NCBI GenBank assembly: GCA_965285935.1
Contig: OZ260663.1
Span: forward strand, 55,118,001-55,182,000
Direction of reading: 5' to 3'
DNA length: 64,000 nt
Source of the DNA: Ophelia neglecta
Taxonomy: Eukaryota
A program made the translations under genes and the position numbers. The notes beneath the pieces are model-generated. The model made no database searches. It saw only the letters and a program-made list of their open reading frames with translations, and was not told the origin of the DNA. How positions within the stretch are numbered: the first letter of the stretch is position 1; every line of letters begins with the position of its first letter. Positions 62,660 through 64,000 of this stretch are shown piece by piece.

Positions 62660-62766
62660 GTATTCAGCCCTGACTGATACTACTTGTACCCTGGTACAGT
62701 ACCAGGGTATAAGTAGTACCAGTCTACACTACCAGGGTACGAGTAGCATTAGTCAGGGCTGAATAC
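62660..62766. repeat. Foldback with one left arm and two alternative right arms
   Basis: 62672-62697 pairs with 62699-62724 (2 mismatches in 26); 62660-62696 pairs with 62730-62766 (3 in 37). Confidence 0.9.
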
Positions 62767-63900
62767 AATATAAAAAGTGCAAATCACCGAAGCAGAACCA
62801 TGTAACTATTTTTGTTTTCATATTTATGGTTGTGAATGATTCTAAAAAAGGTGTAGCCATGCTTTTTTTAAAATGAACACCTGATTTTCCTTTGTGTAAA
62901 AGGCTAAAATACCAAGTACCAAACAATGAGTGCAATCATGACATGTTGGAATTTTTACATGATTTGAACAAATATAAAAGTATCTTCTGACTAAAAGCTT
63001 AAATTATTGAAATTAATATTGAATTATACTAGGGAGCAAACCAGGGATGTTACCAATGTGCATTTTCCTAGCAACAATAATATGATTTATGTTTATCAGC
63101 AAATGTCTAACTCTTTATTAAAAAGGAAGAATAATGCTTATAAATAACATGCAAGAAATCAAATAATGTAAGATAAATTAAACTGGTCTACAGGGAATCC
63201 TAGATAACATGCATTGTAGATGTACAAATTGTTGGAGACAAGCCCTTACCACAGAGGCTCAACACACTGACTGGCATGAACCAACCAATGAGGCTGTGAT
63301 TCTTTTCTAGCAGACAAAAGGCATAACACAACATAAACATTAGAATCATTCTTTTATGGTTATAGCCAGGTCATTGATTTGACAATATAGTTGCAATCTA
63401 AGTATATAGTTGAAATCTTTGTTTGTTAAAGTGACAGACAGAATGCACCTTGAAGTTTCTTATTACTGTGTTCATGCAAATTGCATTCTCAAAACCATGC
63501 TTGTAATCTCCTACTTACATCTGAGCATGAACTTTAAATTCAAGTTTCCTTTAAAGTAAATAGTATACAAGACTTTCAAGCATATAAAGTAGTGTTTCCC
63601 ATGAAGTAAATTCAAAAGCTATAGGTGCTTTAAATGCCTGCAGTGAAATATTTCAGTTACAGCCATGTAAATAAGTAAGCACCTTGTTTTAACATTGATG
63701 CAACATGAACAATCAGTGAGTTCTAACGGTAAACATGTTGTTCAAGTTGATTTAAAGCAAACAACTCAGCATGATTTTCTTTCTCTGAAGCTGTAATTAT
63801 TTTGACACACATTGTTTTGCCCACACTGTAGCAGTAATCACACGATGCTAGCATGTCAGATTTTATGATGTTAGTTTAAAATAAAAGCAACATCACTCAC

Positions 63901-63964
63901 TGAATTCCTGTTAATTCATCCCCAACTCTTTCCTGTTGATTCCAGAACTCGCTTCCAATTCGAT
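63901..63964 (-). CDS. MYCBPAP: MYCBPAP exon: RIGSEFWNQQERVGDELTGI(H)
   Basis: tcatttcag|AT ... CA|gtgagt; 64 nt; GSEFW motif. Confidence 0.9.
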
Positions 63965-64000
63965 CTGAAATGACAAAAGGATGTGCAATAAAGCTATTAA

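Larger units (their letters stand above)
46569..64000 (-). other. MYCBPAP: Gene span (3' part) of MYCBP-associated protein (MYCBPAP, ciliary central-apparatus protein); 5' exons lie beyond the right edge
   Basis: Chain of frame-compatible GT-AG exons whose peptides (GSEFW..GDELTG; GPSIQFAGQPARW..VGIEARVTFE..LEIVNDGTTSIYFDWK; QRFYFNTSSGVILPG..FKSPNAGVFTEQWQF) match recalled human MYCBPAP segments. Confidence 0.93.

Noticed and set aside
1-64000. CRISPR arrays, tRNA/rRNA genes, intact transposase or reverse transcriptase, prokaryotic operons
   Set aside because: None seen; the window is spliced animal DNA.

Overview
Eukaryotic, AT-rich, intron-rich DNA, probably from an invertebrate bilaterian (inferred from mosaic CpG depletion, MITE types and protein similarity; I cannot identify the species). 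The ORF track is mostly noise. Two minus-strand spliced genes can be assembled by hand from splice sites and reading frame. (1) The 5' half of a class I bHLH E-protein gene (daughterless/TCF3/TCF4/TCF12 family) runs from a CCAAT+Inr promoter at ~32290 through exons encoding MNPGNDRELSDLLDFSA|MFSPPVPPGG... and continues off the left edge. (2) The 3' two-thirds of MYCBPAP enters from the right edge and stops at 46569. Between them is a ~12 kb CpG-rich intergenic domain. The most notable unannotated structures are: a probable internal promoter with a Tyr/His-rich alternative first exon that would give an AD1-less E-protein; two competing donors in exon 1 that switch a 29-aa N-terminal extension on or off; a ~10 kb array of symmetric phase-1 small exons and microexons in MYCBPAP; and dense E-box clusters. 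I found no tRNA, rRNA, CRISPR array or intact transposase. All exon calls are manual and have no RNA support.
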